The translations under genes and the position numbers were made by a program. A DNA stretch of 64,000 bases from the NCBI GenBank assembly GCA_965240325.2, contig OZ251241.1, positions 372,001 to 436,000 on the forward strand. Reading direction: 5' to 3'. The stretch's first letter is position 1. Each line of letters begins with the position of its first letter. A model generated the notes under the pieces. It ran no database searches and was not told the DNA's origin. It saw nothing but the letters and a program-made list of their open reading frames with translations. This document shows positions 23,339 to 36,002 of this stretch, piece after piece. The stretch comes from Rebecca billardiae RCC1528 (lineage: Eukaryota > Protista > Haptophyta).

Positions 23339-25288
23339 GGTACTTCAGGCCTTTAGCCCGTATCCACCCGTACCTGTTAGGAATAGTAAACTGTACTACC
23401 CAGGCGAACCGAAAAAATGATGACGAAGATCGAAGGGTTTCGGCTAGTTCAAATAATTCACCCATTTGACGAGAAAACATCAGGCTCTTGTGCGGTTGGT
23501 TGTGTGAGCGACATATTGTCTATCAGGCTCTCCCGATCAGGGGTTCAGGGTTCTCAACACGATTTTAATTGAGGAGGGTATTGAGAAAGATGGCGATTGT
23601 TGATGAATATTGAAATATTAATTTGGCCCAACAGCTCATTGGCTCGCGAAGTTGGAGGCAAGATGGTTTTGAACCGGGGGTTGAACCCCGGTTCTATTGA
23701 TGAACACCAATCATCAAATATGCAGTGTTCATGCATGAAGGGTTGGAAAGGGGTTGCCGGTACTTTTTGCGTTTTTTCAATTTTGGCCGGACAATCATGT
23801 GACACGTATGGATACATATGACTATCTAGTACTAATTCTAGTACTGGCGAGCGGCGACGTGTCAATTGAAATGTTCAAGCTGCAAACCCGCATTCATAAG
23901 ATTATTCATCGCGCGGGATCCCACGGCGGTGGGAATCCATGGACAGCATGCATTTTCGACCTCGTCGTGCGCGCTTCACAAGGCAGCGCGCCTGTGCGCG
24001 CCAGCCTCAGGCGCGAAGGAGGTGACGAGGGCGGGAAGGCGCGCAGCACAGAGTGGAGTACAGCACGCTTTTGCAGCCACGCGAATACCGCGCCGCCTGC
24101 TCTAGGCAACGTCACCGCCGCAGGTGACCTCCGACGCCGCTGCGGCGAGTGAGGTCGGAAGAGGCTATGAGGGCATCTTCGGCCAGCGCTTCGGGACGGG
24201 CGTGCTCGGCTGCGGCGTGCAACGGTAACACCCTCACACTCTAGTCAGCGCGGCGGTTAGTTTGCCACTGTGTACACTTGCCTCTGACGTTCAGTCGTCG
24301 CGTCATGGCTGGCATGCGCCGCAGCGCACGTAAGGCGCGAGGCTGACGTCGTGGCGGAGGCTAGTGCGAGTAGTAGGGGGCCGCGGCGGTCCGTAAGCCT
24401 CCCGCTGCCGACTACTGTATGCGTATCAAGACGATCATGTGGCTGCGCGGCCCGGACGCGGTGCCGGCCGGGAGTAAAAATAAGCCCGCATCCTGACGAC
24501 CGCGTCTCACACCGCAGTCGCTCAAACGAACTTACGAAGTCTGCAGTAGAGTGCCAATAAGGGAGCTTGCATGATAGGTCATACGTCCGACCCGAATAAG
24601 TGCACTGCGCGATAATCCGGGGACTCGATGACTTGCCACAAAGCCGACTGACTGAGCCAGGTACTGAGTACTGACCGTGCCGCTGAGGCGGCGCGGCAGC
24701 AGTGCAGCACGGCTCGCGGAGCGCGCCCCGGCTGCGCCGGGCTCAGGCTGCGCGCACTGGTCGCCGCCCGGCGGTTCTGCCACGACGTCCAACCATGTGA
24801 ACACATCTACGGTATCATTTTCACATTCATCAGACAGTGACATAAGACACATCAGCGCATCAGATTACTCAGCCAGAAGACGAGAACCGGAGAACGGTGT
24901 AGCAGTTGTGCGGAGATCGAAGTCAAAGTCGTCATCAGTAGTGAGCAGCAGACTCATCAATACCGCAATACGGTGCCCGTCAGTGCCCGCTCAGCTTGAC
25001 TCCGTGCCGCGCGGCGGCCCGGGGTCGTCCGAGTGGGTCACACTATGATGAGTGCGGCGCGGTTCAGCGCGGTGTTAGTCACGGTTTGAGACCGGCGGGA
25101 CTTGCTCCGTACTCGGACGATGAGTCACGATAGTCATCGTCGATCATATCACGCAGACATATCAGCGCAGGCAGCAGCCGGGACGAGCAGCGGAGCAGAT
25201 ACGGACGCGGCCCGCGGCGCCGCGGCCGGGCCCGAGCCCTGGACTCCGGAGCGGCGGCAGCCGCCCGGCGGGGCCTTATTATATTTAA

Positions 25289-26211
25289 CGACGTGGCAGC
25301 AACGAACAAGCGTCAGGCTCAGAGTGCAGCAGACACATAGAATGCGTCCGCGCCTTCCGTCCAGGTCAGGCAGTGCGCCACCCGCAGCCCTGCCCCCCTA
25401 CGGGAGCGGGGCCGGGGTGGAGCACCGCCTCGGCCTGGGGCACGCGGCGGCGACGGCAGATGCCGCCGCGGCAGAGCGCCTTCCGGAGCACAAGTTTGGA
25501 TGAGGGTGAGGTCGTAGTCGATGTAGCCGCCCGCCGACCTAGCGGCGAGTAGCTCCGGCAAGCGGCAGCCGCGGCTGTCGCCCCCGTGCGCCCGCGTGGG
25601 CGCCTGGATGAGGATGAGGTCGTAGTACGCGTCGCCGCCCGCCGGCCAAGCGGCGCGCAGCTGCAGAAGAGGGGCTTGGAGAGTGAGCGCGCCGCCTAGC
25701 GCGCTCTGGGCGATGAAGCAGATGAGGTTGTAGTCGATGTCGCAGCCCGGCCCGCCGGCGGGCTGCTGCAGATGCAGTGCTTGATGCTGGGGAACCTGGC
25801 CCCCGGGCGCGTCACACCCCGCAACCCCTGCCCCACCTAGGGTGGAGCGTGGGGCACGGAGCAGGCCAGCGCCAAGGGCCAGATGGGTGTGACAGCGGCG
25901 TCCACCTGCTGCATCGCCCCCCGAGGCGATGCAGCCGGCGGCCGGCTGGAGAAAGAGGGTGCCAGTGCCAGACTGATGATAAAAATTATTATATATATAA
26001 AGGTGATGGAGAAAGAGGGTGCCAGATGATGGAGAAAGAGGGTGCCAGTCCCTATCCCTTATTAGGCCGAGGCGGTGCTCCACCCCGGCCCCGCTCCCGT
26101 AGGGGGGCAGGGCTGCGGGTGGCGCACTGTCTGACCTGGACGGAAGGCGCGGACGCATTCTATGTGTCTGTTGCACTCTGAGCCTGACGCTTGTCCGATG
26201 CTGCCACGCCG
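25289..26211. mobile_element. Family B structure with ~150-bp inverted ends in AT-rich flanks
   Basis: 25289-25436 is the reverse complement of 26064-26211. TA-rich sequence on both sides and internal degenerate repeats. Confidence 0.7.
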
Positions 26212-26810
26212 TTATTAAATATATATCAGAAATAATAATCAGACTGATGATGATAAAATATTATATATATTATAAGTATTATCACGGATATAGTATATAC
26301 AGGTATACTACTCGGCTAGGTAATTCATCACTTTAATCACCGTAGCCAGAGTAGGAACTCGGTCCGCGCGGCCCGCCTCGTCGGCCAGGCTCCGAATGCC
26401 TGATGCGGTGCGAAGCTCAGTTTCGGCCCGGCTACTAGTACGGTGGACGGCCACCGGGGGTATCATAGTCTCTGAAGTTTACGGTGCTCACGATTCGTAT
26501 TCGAGTCACCGGCGGCCCGGAGGCCGGAAGGGCGCGGCGGCCGAAGCGCATACGGCTGAGACTCTGCGATAGCGACGACGACGGCGACGCCACGCGAGCC
26601 CGCAACCCTCGTCAGAGGGTACGGGCTCGTCACCACAGCACAGTGAACACGCCCCAGCGGCGAAGCGGACAAACAAAATGGCGGACGCCCGCCTCGCGGG
26701 TAGCTCGCGTGAGGCTCGATGGCCGAGCCCACGGAGGGCCTGCGGCGACTGGGACATGTCAGCGGACAGCTAGACACGCATAGCGCCCTGTCAGAAGCGT
26801 CAGAGAGCTC

Positions 26811-28100
26811 TCATGCCAGCGCAGCTGCTCGCCCTGCCCGTCCTCGAGCTCGGCGCCGAACGGCACCGAGACTGGCTGATCCGGAGCTGTCAACACCGCG
26901 TGTGCGCGCGCGGATCGCTGGAGGAAGCGAAGACAGGGTCCAGCTCGCTAGGTGAGGTGTGGAGAGTATATGCCCTGGCAGAGTCACCGCGACTCGAATG
27001 AGCCTCGAATCGCCCGTGCCGCCTCCTCGCGCGCTGCTCGAGCACGATGCGTTTGCTGCCGCAGCTGCACCCTGCGCACTCCCGCGGAAAGACATCGCGC
27101 GCGCTTGCCCACGAAGCTGAAGCAGGCCGGCAGCTGCTCGCGGAAGAAGAGCGCACACGAGCTGCCAAGCTGGCGCCCAGCTGCCGCGACCGCGGCACGT
27201 CAGCTCGACGAGCCAGCGCACTGCCGCGACCGCATCGCCTCCTTTGAGCTGCAAGCTGATGAGCAGTGATCTGCGCGACGGCGCGCGAAGCGCGTGGGCA
27301 GTGGGTCGACGCAGAGAGGGTGACGTGAGCGATGTGAATCGTGGAATGCGAGGCCTTCGCACTCGCCCGGCACCCCAAAGCGCACCCGACTGGGCATGGT
27401 TGTGCCTCGCTGAGCTGCTCGCATTCGTCACGGTCATCCGACTGATGCACACGGCTGTGATGTGCGCCTGAACGAGATGCAACCATCGGCAGAACCGCGA
27501 CCTCGGCAGGTCGTCGAGTGCGCAAGTGCGCAACGAGGTCGTGAAGGTAGTCAAGCTCGCTCAGGTCGCCCTGAGTCAGCGCAAACGAGCTGTTCTGCGC
27601 GCGTGCGCAGACGGGGCCGCGCAGACGGCATCATTGCATGAGCACAAAACTGGGTGGGAATCATGCAGCCCTAGCGTGGGAAGCAGAGGCGCTGGCGGTC
27701 GGGGAGGTGGGCGCTCGAAAGCACGCCCGAAGTGTGCAGGCACACGCACCGTCAGCCATGGTCGGCACCATTCGCCTGGTGTACTGGCCGTCGCTGTCCA
27801 GAGCTCTCGCAGCAGTCCATCACCTGCGTCCGATCCATAAACATCGTAGATGTGAAGGCATGAACCGCCAGGTCGGACAAGAAGCACGCACTCGATGGAC
27901 ATCTGGACACCAGGCGCGTCACAAACAACGCTCAAGTCCGCCTTGATTGCTTGAGGATGTGACCCGACGGGCATGCGCTCGATGTGCCGCTCGAGCCCAC
28001 AAAAGTGCAGCTCTTTTGAGGTGGAGGATATATTGGGGGCGAGACATTTCCAGCCGTCCCGAAGAGGCATGCGGGCAAGTCTTGGCACCCAATCACCCAC
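26811..28100 (-). CDS. Possible intron-containing hypothetical protein
   Basis: Consecutive minus-strand ORFs with protein-like composition (MGDWVPRLARMPLRDGWKCL..., LDDLPRSRFCRWLHLVQ, AVRWLVELTC) separated by intron-like stretches. No family recognised. Confidence 0.3.
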
Positions 28101-28462
28101 TCAGATAGCCACCCAGGCCCGCCATCCATCGGGACGGGTGGGAGCAAGCATCACATGTCGGTCGCGTGCTGCTGCGAGCTCGAACACGCCTGCTTCGGAC
28201 GCGGGCTCTTCTCGTGGCAGAGTCGTGGCGCGACACCCGAGCTAGTGTCCCATATAATGGCCAGCTATACGGTCCGCCCAGTACGGGATAGGCCCACGGA
28301 TGATCGCGCCCGTGGGCCCGGCTAGAGCGGCCGAGCGACGGCGGAAGGCCTCGGGCGGAAGACTGAGATCCCGCCATCGCCCTGCCAAATCGGCCGGTTC
28401 CCAAGCAGTTTTGTTTGTCCGCTCCGCCGCTGGGGCGTGTTTACTGTGAGCCGCACAGCCCG

Positions 28463-29305
28463 TCACCACAGACGGCGTGCCTCAGTGAGCAGCTCGCGCA
28501 GGTCCGTCGTCGGTGGGCCCGCCGGGTCGGACGCAAGATCAAAGCGCAGGTTGCTCGGGGCTCGCGCGTCGAGGGCTGCGACGACGAGCGCGGCGACATC
28601 GGCGCGAGGCACGGTCATCAGGGCACGATTGCGCGCGAGCTCATCGTTACGCCCGACGAGAAGCCGGCGCCGGCCGCCAGGCTCGTCCAGCAGCCCGGCG
28701 GGCTTGACGATCGTGAAGTTGAGCGCGGACGCCGATGACAGCAGGCTCAGCTCGCCCTGTGCCTTGTAGAAGAGCGCGTAGCCACCACCGAGCTTGTCCA
28801 GCGGCGAATCGGGCTGGGTGGTGCCCATCGACGACACCAGCACGACCCTCTGCGCGCCCGCCCGCCGTGCCGCCGCCACCTGGTTGTCCTGCCCGAGCCA
28901 GTCCACCTCGCGCGGCGAGCCGCCCGGCGGGTACGTCCACGAGCCGTTAGCCAGCTTGTACGGCATGGACGAGGTGAGGATCACCGCGGAGGCCACGCCG
29001 GCGAACGGTGCCTCGAGGTCGTCAGCATGCGTCACGTCGCCGACGAACACGCCGTCAGCCTCGTCGCATTCCGTGCAGTCCAGCACCTTGCGGGCCTTGG
29101 CGCGGTGCCGGACGAGCGCGCGCACGCCATGCGGCCCGCGCGCGTTACGGAGCGCGTTGTACACGTGGGAGCCTGTGCGGCCCGTCGCGCCGGTGACGAG
29201 TACCACGCCATCCGCGGCGACGGATCCCGTGCGGCCCGCCGCGCCGGTGGCGAGTTGGTCCGCGGCAACGGCGGCGGCGACGGCCGCGATGGCGACGAGC
29301 ATCAT
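28463..29305 (-). CDS. Atypical SDR / NAD(P)H-binding protein (At5g02240-like) with signal peptide
   Basis: VLVTGATGRTG, FVGDV, REVDWLGQDNQVAAA, VVLVSSMGTT, FTIVKPAGLLDEPGG and VPRADVA. Hydrophobic N-terminus. Confidence 0.88.
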   Translation of the reverse strand: MMLVAIAAVAAAVAADQLATGAAGRTGSVAADGVVLVTGATGRTGSHVYNALRNARGPHGVRALVRHRAKARKVLDCTECDEADGVFVGDVTHADDLEAPFAGVASAVILTSSMPYKLANGSWTYPPGGSPREVDWLGQDNQVAAARRAGAQRVVLVSSMGTTQPDSPLDKLGGGYALFYKAQGELSLLSSASALNFTIVKPAGLLDEPGGRRRLLVGRNDELARNRALMTVPRADVAALVVAALDARAPSNLRFDLASDPAGPPTTDLRELLTEARRLW

Positions 29306-29442
29306 CACGCCACCGGACCACTGCTCTCGAGGCGGACTCGAGCAGGCGTCCGGACCCGTTCGGCGCAGTGCTTGCGCGGCTCTCTGCGGCCCTCGTCGCG
29401 CGAGGGCGGCGCGGCTCCTCGCCTGGCGACCCGCGCCTCACG

Positions 29443-32400
29443 ATGGTGAGGCTGGGCTGGGACGACGACGACGAGGAGGAGGAGGAGGGGGAGGAGGAGG
29501 AGGAGGATGACGCCGATGGCTTCGTCGAGGTGAGTGCGCGCGAGATCGCGGGCGAGCAGGCCGACGACGCGGACGAGGAGGACGACGCCATGGGCCTCGC
29601 CCGCGACGAGGAGGACGACCACGCCATGCCGCCGCTGCTGCTCGAGGCTTCCGCGGCGGAGGATGCGGAGATGGGGGAGACGACGGGCGCGGAAGTTGAC
29701 GGGGGCTCGCTCGCCATGACACCCGCCGTGTCGCGTGACGTCGAGGTGATGCGCTCGGCGCTCCGCCTCCGCTCCGCGTCGGCGCAGCCGGCTTATGACG
29801 ACGCGCTGCTCGCCTCGCTCGGCGCGCCACCGCCGGCGCCACCGAGCGAGCGGCGGACGCCGCGCGGGCCCGCCGGCATGCTCGAGATGGCGCCGCGTGC
29901 CGAAACCCTCGTCTTCGCCGCCGCCCGCCGCGACGCCTTTGCCGAGCCGCTCGTGCCCACGCGCGGCGGCGGCGGCGCCGACGGCTCGGAGCAGACCTCC
30001 TTCTGCGCGTGGCTGCTGCAGGGCGCCGCGTCGGGCGCGCGCGGCTCGGCGGACGCGCTGCGCGTCCTCGCGCACGCGCACCCGCTGTCGTGGGGGCCCG
30101 ACGGCCAGCTGCTCACCGCCGCCCTGCACCCGGCCGGCCCGCGCCGCGGCCGCCCCGAGGTTCGCGTGCACTGGCCGGCCGGGTGGCGCACCGCGGACGG
30201 CGGCGCGCTTCTCGAGGCGGTCGGCGGAGCGGGGGTCGGCGAGGCGCGCGCGGCGATGGCCGAGGGCGCGAACACGGACGCTGCCGACGCCGGCTCGACC
30301 GCGCTCGTGCCCGCCGCCCCCGCCGTGGCCGGCCTCGGCCGGCGGCGCGCGCGCTCGGCCGCGGCGATGCTCGAAGCGCACCGCGTGCACGTGGCTTGCG
30401 CGCGCGCTCCCTCGGACGGGGCGGAGGCAGCGGGGGCGCGCGCGGCGCGCGTGAGCGCGCTGTGCGACGCGTTCGGCGCCGCCGAGGCGCTCGGCGCGCC
30501 GCCCGCGCGCGCCGCCGACGCGCGCACGCCCAGTGCCGCCGAGCGCGCCTGGCAGCTCGTCAGCGCCGTCTGGGGCGTGGGTGGCTGCCACTGCGTCCCG
30601 TCCGAGGAGGCGGTGGCGCGCTGGCTGCGCGCGCTCGCGGCCGACACGGCGCGCGAGGCGATCGCGCGCGCCGAGGCGGAGGCCGTGGCGGCGCGCGGCC
30701 CCGACGCGTGCGCCGACCCGCTGCTCGTCGCCTTCCACCACCTCAGCTGCCTCGACGTCGCCGCCGCCGTCCGAGCGGCGCGCAACGGCGGGTACGCGCG
30801 CGTGGCGTCTCTGCTCGCGCTCGCTGGCAGCGGCTCGGTCGCGGCGGCGGCGGCGGCGGCGCAGCGGCAGCTGTGGGCGTCCGTCGGCGCGCGGCCGCGC
30901 TTCGTGCCCGACGGCGTGTCGCGGCTGCTCGCGCTGCTCGCCGGCGACGTGCGCGGCGCGGACGCGCGCGCGCACGAGCTGAGCTGGCCGCAGGCGCTGG
31001 GGGTGTGCTGGTGGTTCGAGACGGCCGCGCCGCACGGCGGCGGCGACGGCGGCGGCGACGGCGGCGGCGGCGGCGCGCTCGTCTCGGCCGACTGCGTGCC
31101 CAATCGCTCGCTCGCGCACGCGCTGCGTCGGTACGACGAGGGCGTGCACGAGGGTGTGCTGCAGCCGCCACGCCCTCGGCACACGCGCGGCGGCGGCGGC
31201 GGCGGCGGCGGCGGCTTTGGCAACGCAGAGGCCGCGCGGGCGGACGACCTTCTGTTCGGGCTGCTGCGGCTGGCGGTGGAGCCGCTGCAGCCGCTGCCCG
31301 CCGTGCTCTCGCCGTACGGCCTCTCGGCGCACCCGTGCCGCGCGCTCACGCCGTGGTGCCTGCACGAGGTGCTCACGCGCGTGGTCGGACTGCGCCCGCT
31401 CGACGCCGCGACGGCCGCGGCACTGCGCGGCGCGTGCGCTGCCGAGCTGCTCGCGAGCTCAGAGTGGCCGGCGGCGGTGTACGTTGCCGCGCAGCGGCGC
31501 GCGGCGTCGGCCGCGGCGTCGGCCGAGGGCGCGGAGGGCGCGAGCGCCGAGCTCGACGCGCGGCAGCGCGCGGCCGCGCTGCGCATCCTCGCCAGCCACG
31601 CGCGCCCGCCGCCCACCGCGCCCGCCTCCGCCGACGCGGCCGACGCGGCCGGCGCTCCGTCGGGCGCGCCTTACTCGTGGCTGCCCTGGGCGCTGGACGA
31701 GGCGAGCGCGGCGCGCACGCTGTCGTCGTCGGAGGCGCGGCTGCTCGAGATGTTCGACGAGCTGCCCGCCGGCGCGGCCGTGCTCAGCCGTGCGCAAGTG
31801 TGCGCCGCCGTGCACGCCGCGAAGGCGTGCGCGGCGGGCGCGCGCGCCGGCTCGCGCGCCGAGCTGCCCGACATTGAGGCCGACGCGGACGAGTCGCGCG
31901 CGCGCGTGCGCACGCACTGCTACCACCTGCTCGCGGCGCGGCGGTGGGCTGCGGCGCACGCGCTCGTGTGCGCGCAGCTCGCGCCGCGCGCACTCGTCGA
32001 GTACGCCGAGGGCTCGGCGGCGCGCGCCGAGCTGCGCGCACTCCTCGCAGCCCTCGCCGAGCACAGCGCCGAGGTGCGGCCGCCGCGAGGCAGGGGCGCG
32101 CGGCCCGGCCGCCTGGGCCCGGCCGCGTGCGCGCGGCCCGCCCGGCCGCGGCGCACCGCGCGGCCTGCGCGCCGGGCGCACTCACGCGCGCCGCCCGCTC
32201 CCCGCCGCGCGCCCGCCGCCTCGCCCGCGCGCCCGCTCAGGTGGGGCCCGGCTGGAGCGGCGCCGGGCTGGTGTACGCGCGCGCCCTCCAACTGCTTGCG
32301 GACGTGACACCCGCGCCGCCGCCCATGGGTGCGGATCCGGCGGCCGACGCGGCCGCGCTGCGGCTGTCGGCGCAGCACGAGGCGTCGGCGCTCGAGCTGC

Positions 32401-32879
32401 TGCGCGCGCTCGGCGGGTGGAGCGCGCAGCCGCAGCCGCTCATCCAGAGCGCGGGGCCCTGCCCCCTGCCCTCACTCGGAGGCCACGCCGGCCTGGGCGG
32501 ACACGCGCCTTGGTTTGGCCTCGGCCCGTGTCACGAGGTGCGCTGCGCTCGCGCGGCCCGCCCGGCGGCGCGCGCAGCAAACGCCGCGCCGCCCCGTCGA
32601 CGGCCGACTGACCGCGCGCGGCGCCGGTGCGCGTCGCCCTGCGGCGCGCAGGTCGTGCGCGCCAAGCTGTGCGACGCCTTCCTCGTCGCGCGCGAGCGCT
32701 CGCTGGGCGCCGAGGGCTTGGACGGCGCCGAGTCGGAGCACAAGCGCGCGGGCCGCTCTCTCTACCTCACAGAGGCGCTGGCGCGCGCGCGGCTGCCGTC
32801 GGACACGCGGCAGCAGGTGGGCTGGCTCGCGCTCGACGAGTTCCTCGGCCGCGGCTGGCCGCCCTCGGCGAGCGCCTGA
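29443..32879 (+). CDS. NUP96: Nucleoporin Nup96-like protein (introns 32074-32240, 32538-32651)
   Basis: Ordered motifs SWGPDGQL, QRQLW, LLALLAG, LSWPQALGVCWWF, DLLFGLLRL, WCLHEVL, WPAAVYV, WAAAHALV and WSGAGLVY follow the Nup96 pattern. Confidence 0.72.
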
Positions 32880-34139
32880 GCGCGCGGCGGGGCGCGCTGC
32901 CCTTATCGAGCGCGTCGCCAGAGGGCCGCTGCCCGCGCCAAGCAGCTCCGTGCGATCATCAACTCAAGTCGACCCCACTCAGTCAAGTCGCCGGGCCGCC
33001 GCCGGGCGCCCCGTGTAACCCCGGCGGTCGGCCCTCACCGTCACGGAGCGGCCGCGCGGAGAGAGCGGCTCTACTTCGCTGTGCTGCCCCGCACTCGTGA
33101 CTGACGCGCCGCGGTCCGCGTCCCGGCGTCAGTCCGCGCCGGCGCGGCTGGCTCAGGACTCGCTCAGGACCAGCCGGGACCGGCTGCGACAGGTGTCGTC
33201 AGGTCATCAGCCGACTGGCCGCCGTCTCAGTCTGACTAATACGTTCTGAGTAGTGGCTCAGATAATCAGACAGTGGCACGCTGGCTCCGCGCGGGTACTC
33301 TCCGCGGAGCCCACGGCGGAGTTATAGTGCCCGAACTCTCGGTCTCGGACAGTCGGTGGCACCGAACCCGCAGAACTCAGCGCGGCCGCGGGCTCTCCTT
33401 GCCAGCTACTGAGCTAGGCCCAGGCTGCCTGGTCCGACGATGATGATCGGGATCGAGCATGGTCGGGTCCGTGGCCTCCGAGACCGGCGCCGAGGGCGGA
33501 CAATGTCGATCGGTCGGATCCGAACCGGATGACTACTGAGTCTGAGAGGCCAGCGCGGCCCGAACTGCGTTAACTTTAAGTTCTCACTCAGTCAGGCTCA
33601 GCGCCGGCTCAGCGGATATAATTGCCGCGGATCAGACGGCGAGTCAGGTGCAGCACTCCCTCGCCGGGATTGAAGCTGCCGCGGTGGCCGCGCGGCCGCG
33701 GCCCGGCGGCCGGCCCGCTCCCAGACAGCGGATCGAGGCCTCGGTCCGACGGTCCTGCGCGGTCCCGCGTCAGCAGGCGGGCCGGGAGGCGGCCCGGCTG
33801 ACAGTCGGACGCCCCGGCGCGGTCTCGCCTTACAGATTAATTAGGCGCTGTGATTCTCGAGCCGACAGTCGGATCCGCGTGCTGCTGTATCGGCTGGCGC
33901 CTCACAGTCGCCTAAGCCGACGGTCCTGACAGAGCTCGGAGCAGCGGCGTGCATTTCCCAGCTCTGCTTGTCGCCGTCGGCTGCAGCCGTGCGCGGTGCC
34001 ACCGGGAGAGGCGGTGCGGTGCGCAGCACCTTGGTGAGCACTGAGCAGCACATCCACGAAGGCGGGCGTATGGTATTACGCGGGTGCACTTTGGCATCAT
34101 GTTCAAATACCGCTTTTTCAGCCCCTGCTCACACGCTTT

Positions 34140-34211
34140 GGGGCCGTAGCTCATCGGCAGAGCGCCCGCTCAGCATGCGGGAGGTACGGAGTTCGACACC
34201 CCGCGGCTCCA
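34140..34211 (+). tRNA. tRNA-Ala(AGC), possibly atypical or pseudogenic
   Basis: Cloverleaf: acceptor GGGGCCG/CGGCTCC with G3:U70, D stem GCTC/GAGC, anticodon stem CCCGC/GCGGG with loop TCAGCAT, T loop TTCGACA. T-runs downstream. Confidence 0.85.
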
Positions 34212-34599
34212 TACACGAGATGTGTTTTTGCTTCTGGACGACACTCTACGCGCTTTTTTGCGGGCGGCTATTTTGCGCCTCGCTTATTTATTGGGCTCGG
34301 TGCAGTCGCACTGAGTACCATTAGTACTAGTAGCTAATAGTGGGTAGTGGCAACATTGATGATCGCTCGAACGCTCGCGTCTCCCCGGTCTCCGTCGCAG
34401 CAGTCGTCCATCTGCGCCAGCGACGATCGGGCGCCAGCGTCGAGAGCCGCCGTGACGCAGAGCGGACCGGCGGTCAACGCCGGTCCGCGGGCACCGGGAA
34501 CTCAAGAAGTAGAAGGCCCGCGCCGCGGCGTGACTACTTGCACTCCGCTCCAATGAACGGACCGTGACCTCCCAGCGCCAGCGCGGCGGCAACATCGCC

Positions 34600-35367
34600 C
34601 TACGACGAGGGCACCCCGGCCGGGCTCGGCGCGCTGTGCAGGTCAGCCAGGAAGCGGACCAACTCGGCCGAGCCGTGCGACGCGGTCATCGCCCTCTGCA
34701 CGAACGCGTGGTCCTGCCGCAGGCGAACGGCACCGCGGCAGTCGCACGGTGCGCGTGCGCGCGCGTGAGCAAGTCCGCCGCGCGCGCCGCCGCCGCCGCG
34801 GGCCCGTGCGCCGCGCTCACTTGTGCACGCGCGCGCGCGCACCATGAGCCGCAGCGCGCTCGGTCGCCCTGCCGGCTCTTTGCACAGGCAGCGGCCGACA
34901 AAGTCGGCAAAGTCGGGCGAGACGTGCCCGGAGTTGAGCAGGGCGTGCACGGCGGGCGCGGTGGTCGGCACGGGCCCGTCGACGATCGAGCGCACCAAGT
35001 CGAAGTAGTTGGTCGTCGCCTTGTACGGGTACTCGCCGAGGGCGCACTCGAGGGCGATCAGGCCGACGCACCTGCGCGCGCGGCGCGCGGCGGCGTGGGC
35101 GCCGCCGCCCGTCGGACGCCGCCGCGCTGGCGCTGGCGGCCGCGGCGCCACGCCGCGCGCCGCGCGCGGCGGCGGCGGCGGGGCGGCGCGGGTGGGCGGC
35201 GCGGCGCGCACCACACGTCGGCCGGAAAGCTGTAGGTGTGCCCGAGGATGCGCTCGGGGCTCATGTAGTGCGCCGTGCCCACGAACGAGGAGGCGACCTC
35301 CATCGTGTTGGCCAGCTGCCGGGAGATGCCAAAGTCGCTGAGCTTCACCTCGCCGCGCGCGTTGAGC

Positions 35368-35398
<31 letters not shown>

Positions 35399-36002
35399 GC
35401 TGGTGCTTCTCCTTGTGCAGGTAGATGAGCCCCTGCAGCACCTGCACCACCATCTGCCCGAGCACGCGCTCCGGCACCGCCGGCACGTGGCCCATCGGGA
35501 ACGTGCCGCCGTGCGCGGCCGCGACGAGGCCGCGCGCGCGGGACACCACGTCCTCGAGCGAGCCGCGGTCCATGAACTCGAGCGCGAGGTAGATCATGCC
35601 CTCGCGGTAGAAGGCGTCGTACAGCGAGACCAGGAAGTCGCAGCGCACGTTGCACAGCACCTTGAGCTCGTTGATCACCTGCTCGCGCAGCCCAGGCTCC
35701 TCCATCGCGGCGAGCTGCTTGAGCGCGAGGTGCTGGCCCGACGGCGGGTGCAGCACGAGCTTGACGACGGAGGACGCGCCCGAGCCGAGCGGGCGGAGGG
35801 GCTGGAGCTGGTCGAGCAGCTGCGAGCCCTTGTGCACGCCGAACGGCGACGCCTCGATCCCGCCCGCCTTCAGCTTGAAGTCGTCCTTCGTGAACGTGCC
35901 AGAGTCAGAGAGCGTGAACGTCGACTCGCGCCCGCCTGTGCCGGTGATCGAGCCTGCCGACATGTCGAGCTTGGCGAGGTCGGGCGGCTTGCGGATTGGC
36001 AT
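34600..36002 (-). CDS. Mitogen-activated protein kinase kinase (STE7/MKK; introns 35072-35211, 34714-34842)
   Basis: LGSGASSVV, ALK, LEFMDRGSL, HRDLKPANIL, DFG, TMEVASSFVGTAHYMSPERI (plant-style T-x5-S loop), DVW, LECALGEYPY. Confidence 0.93.
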
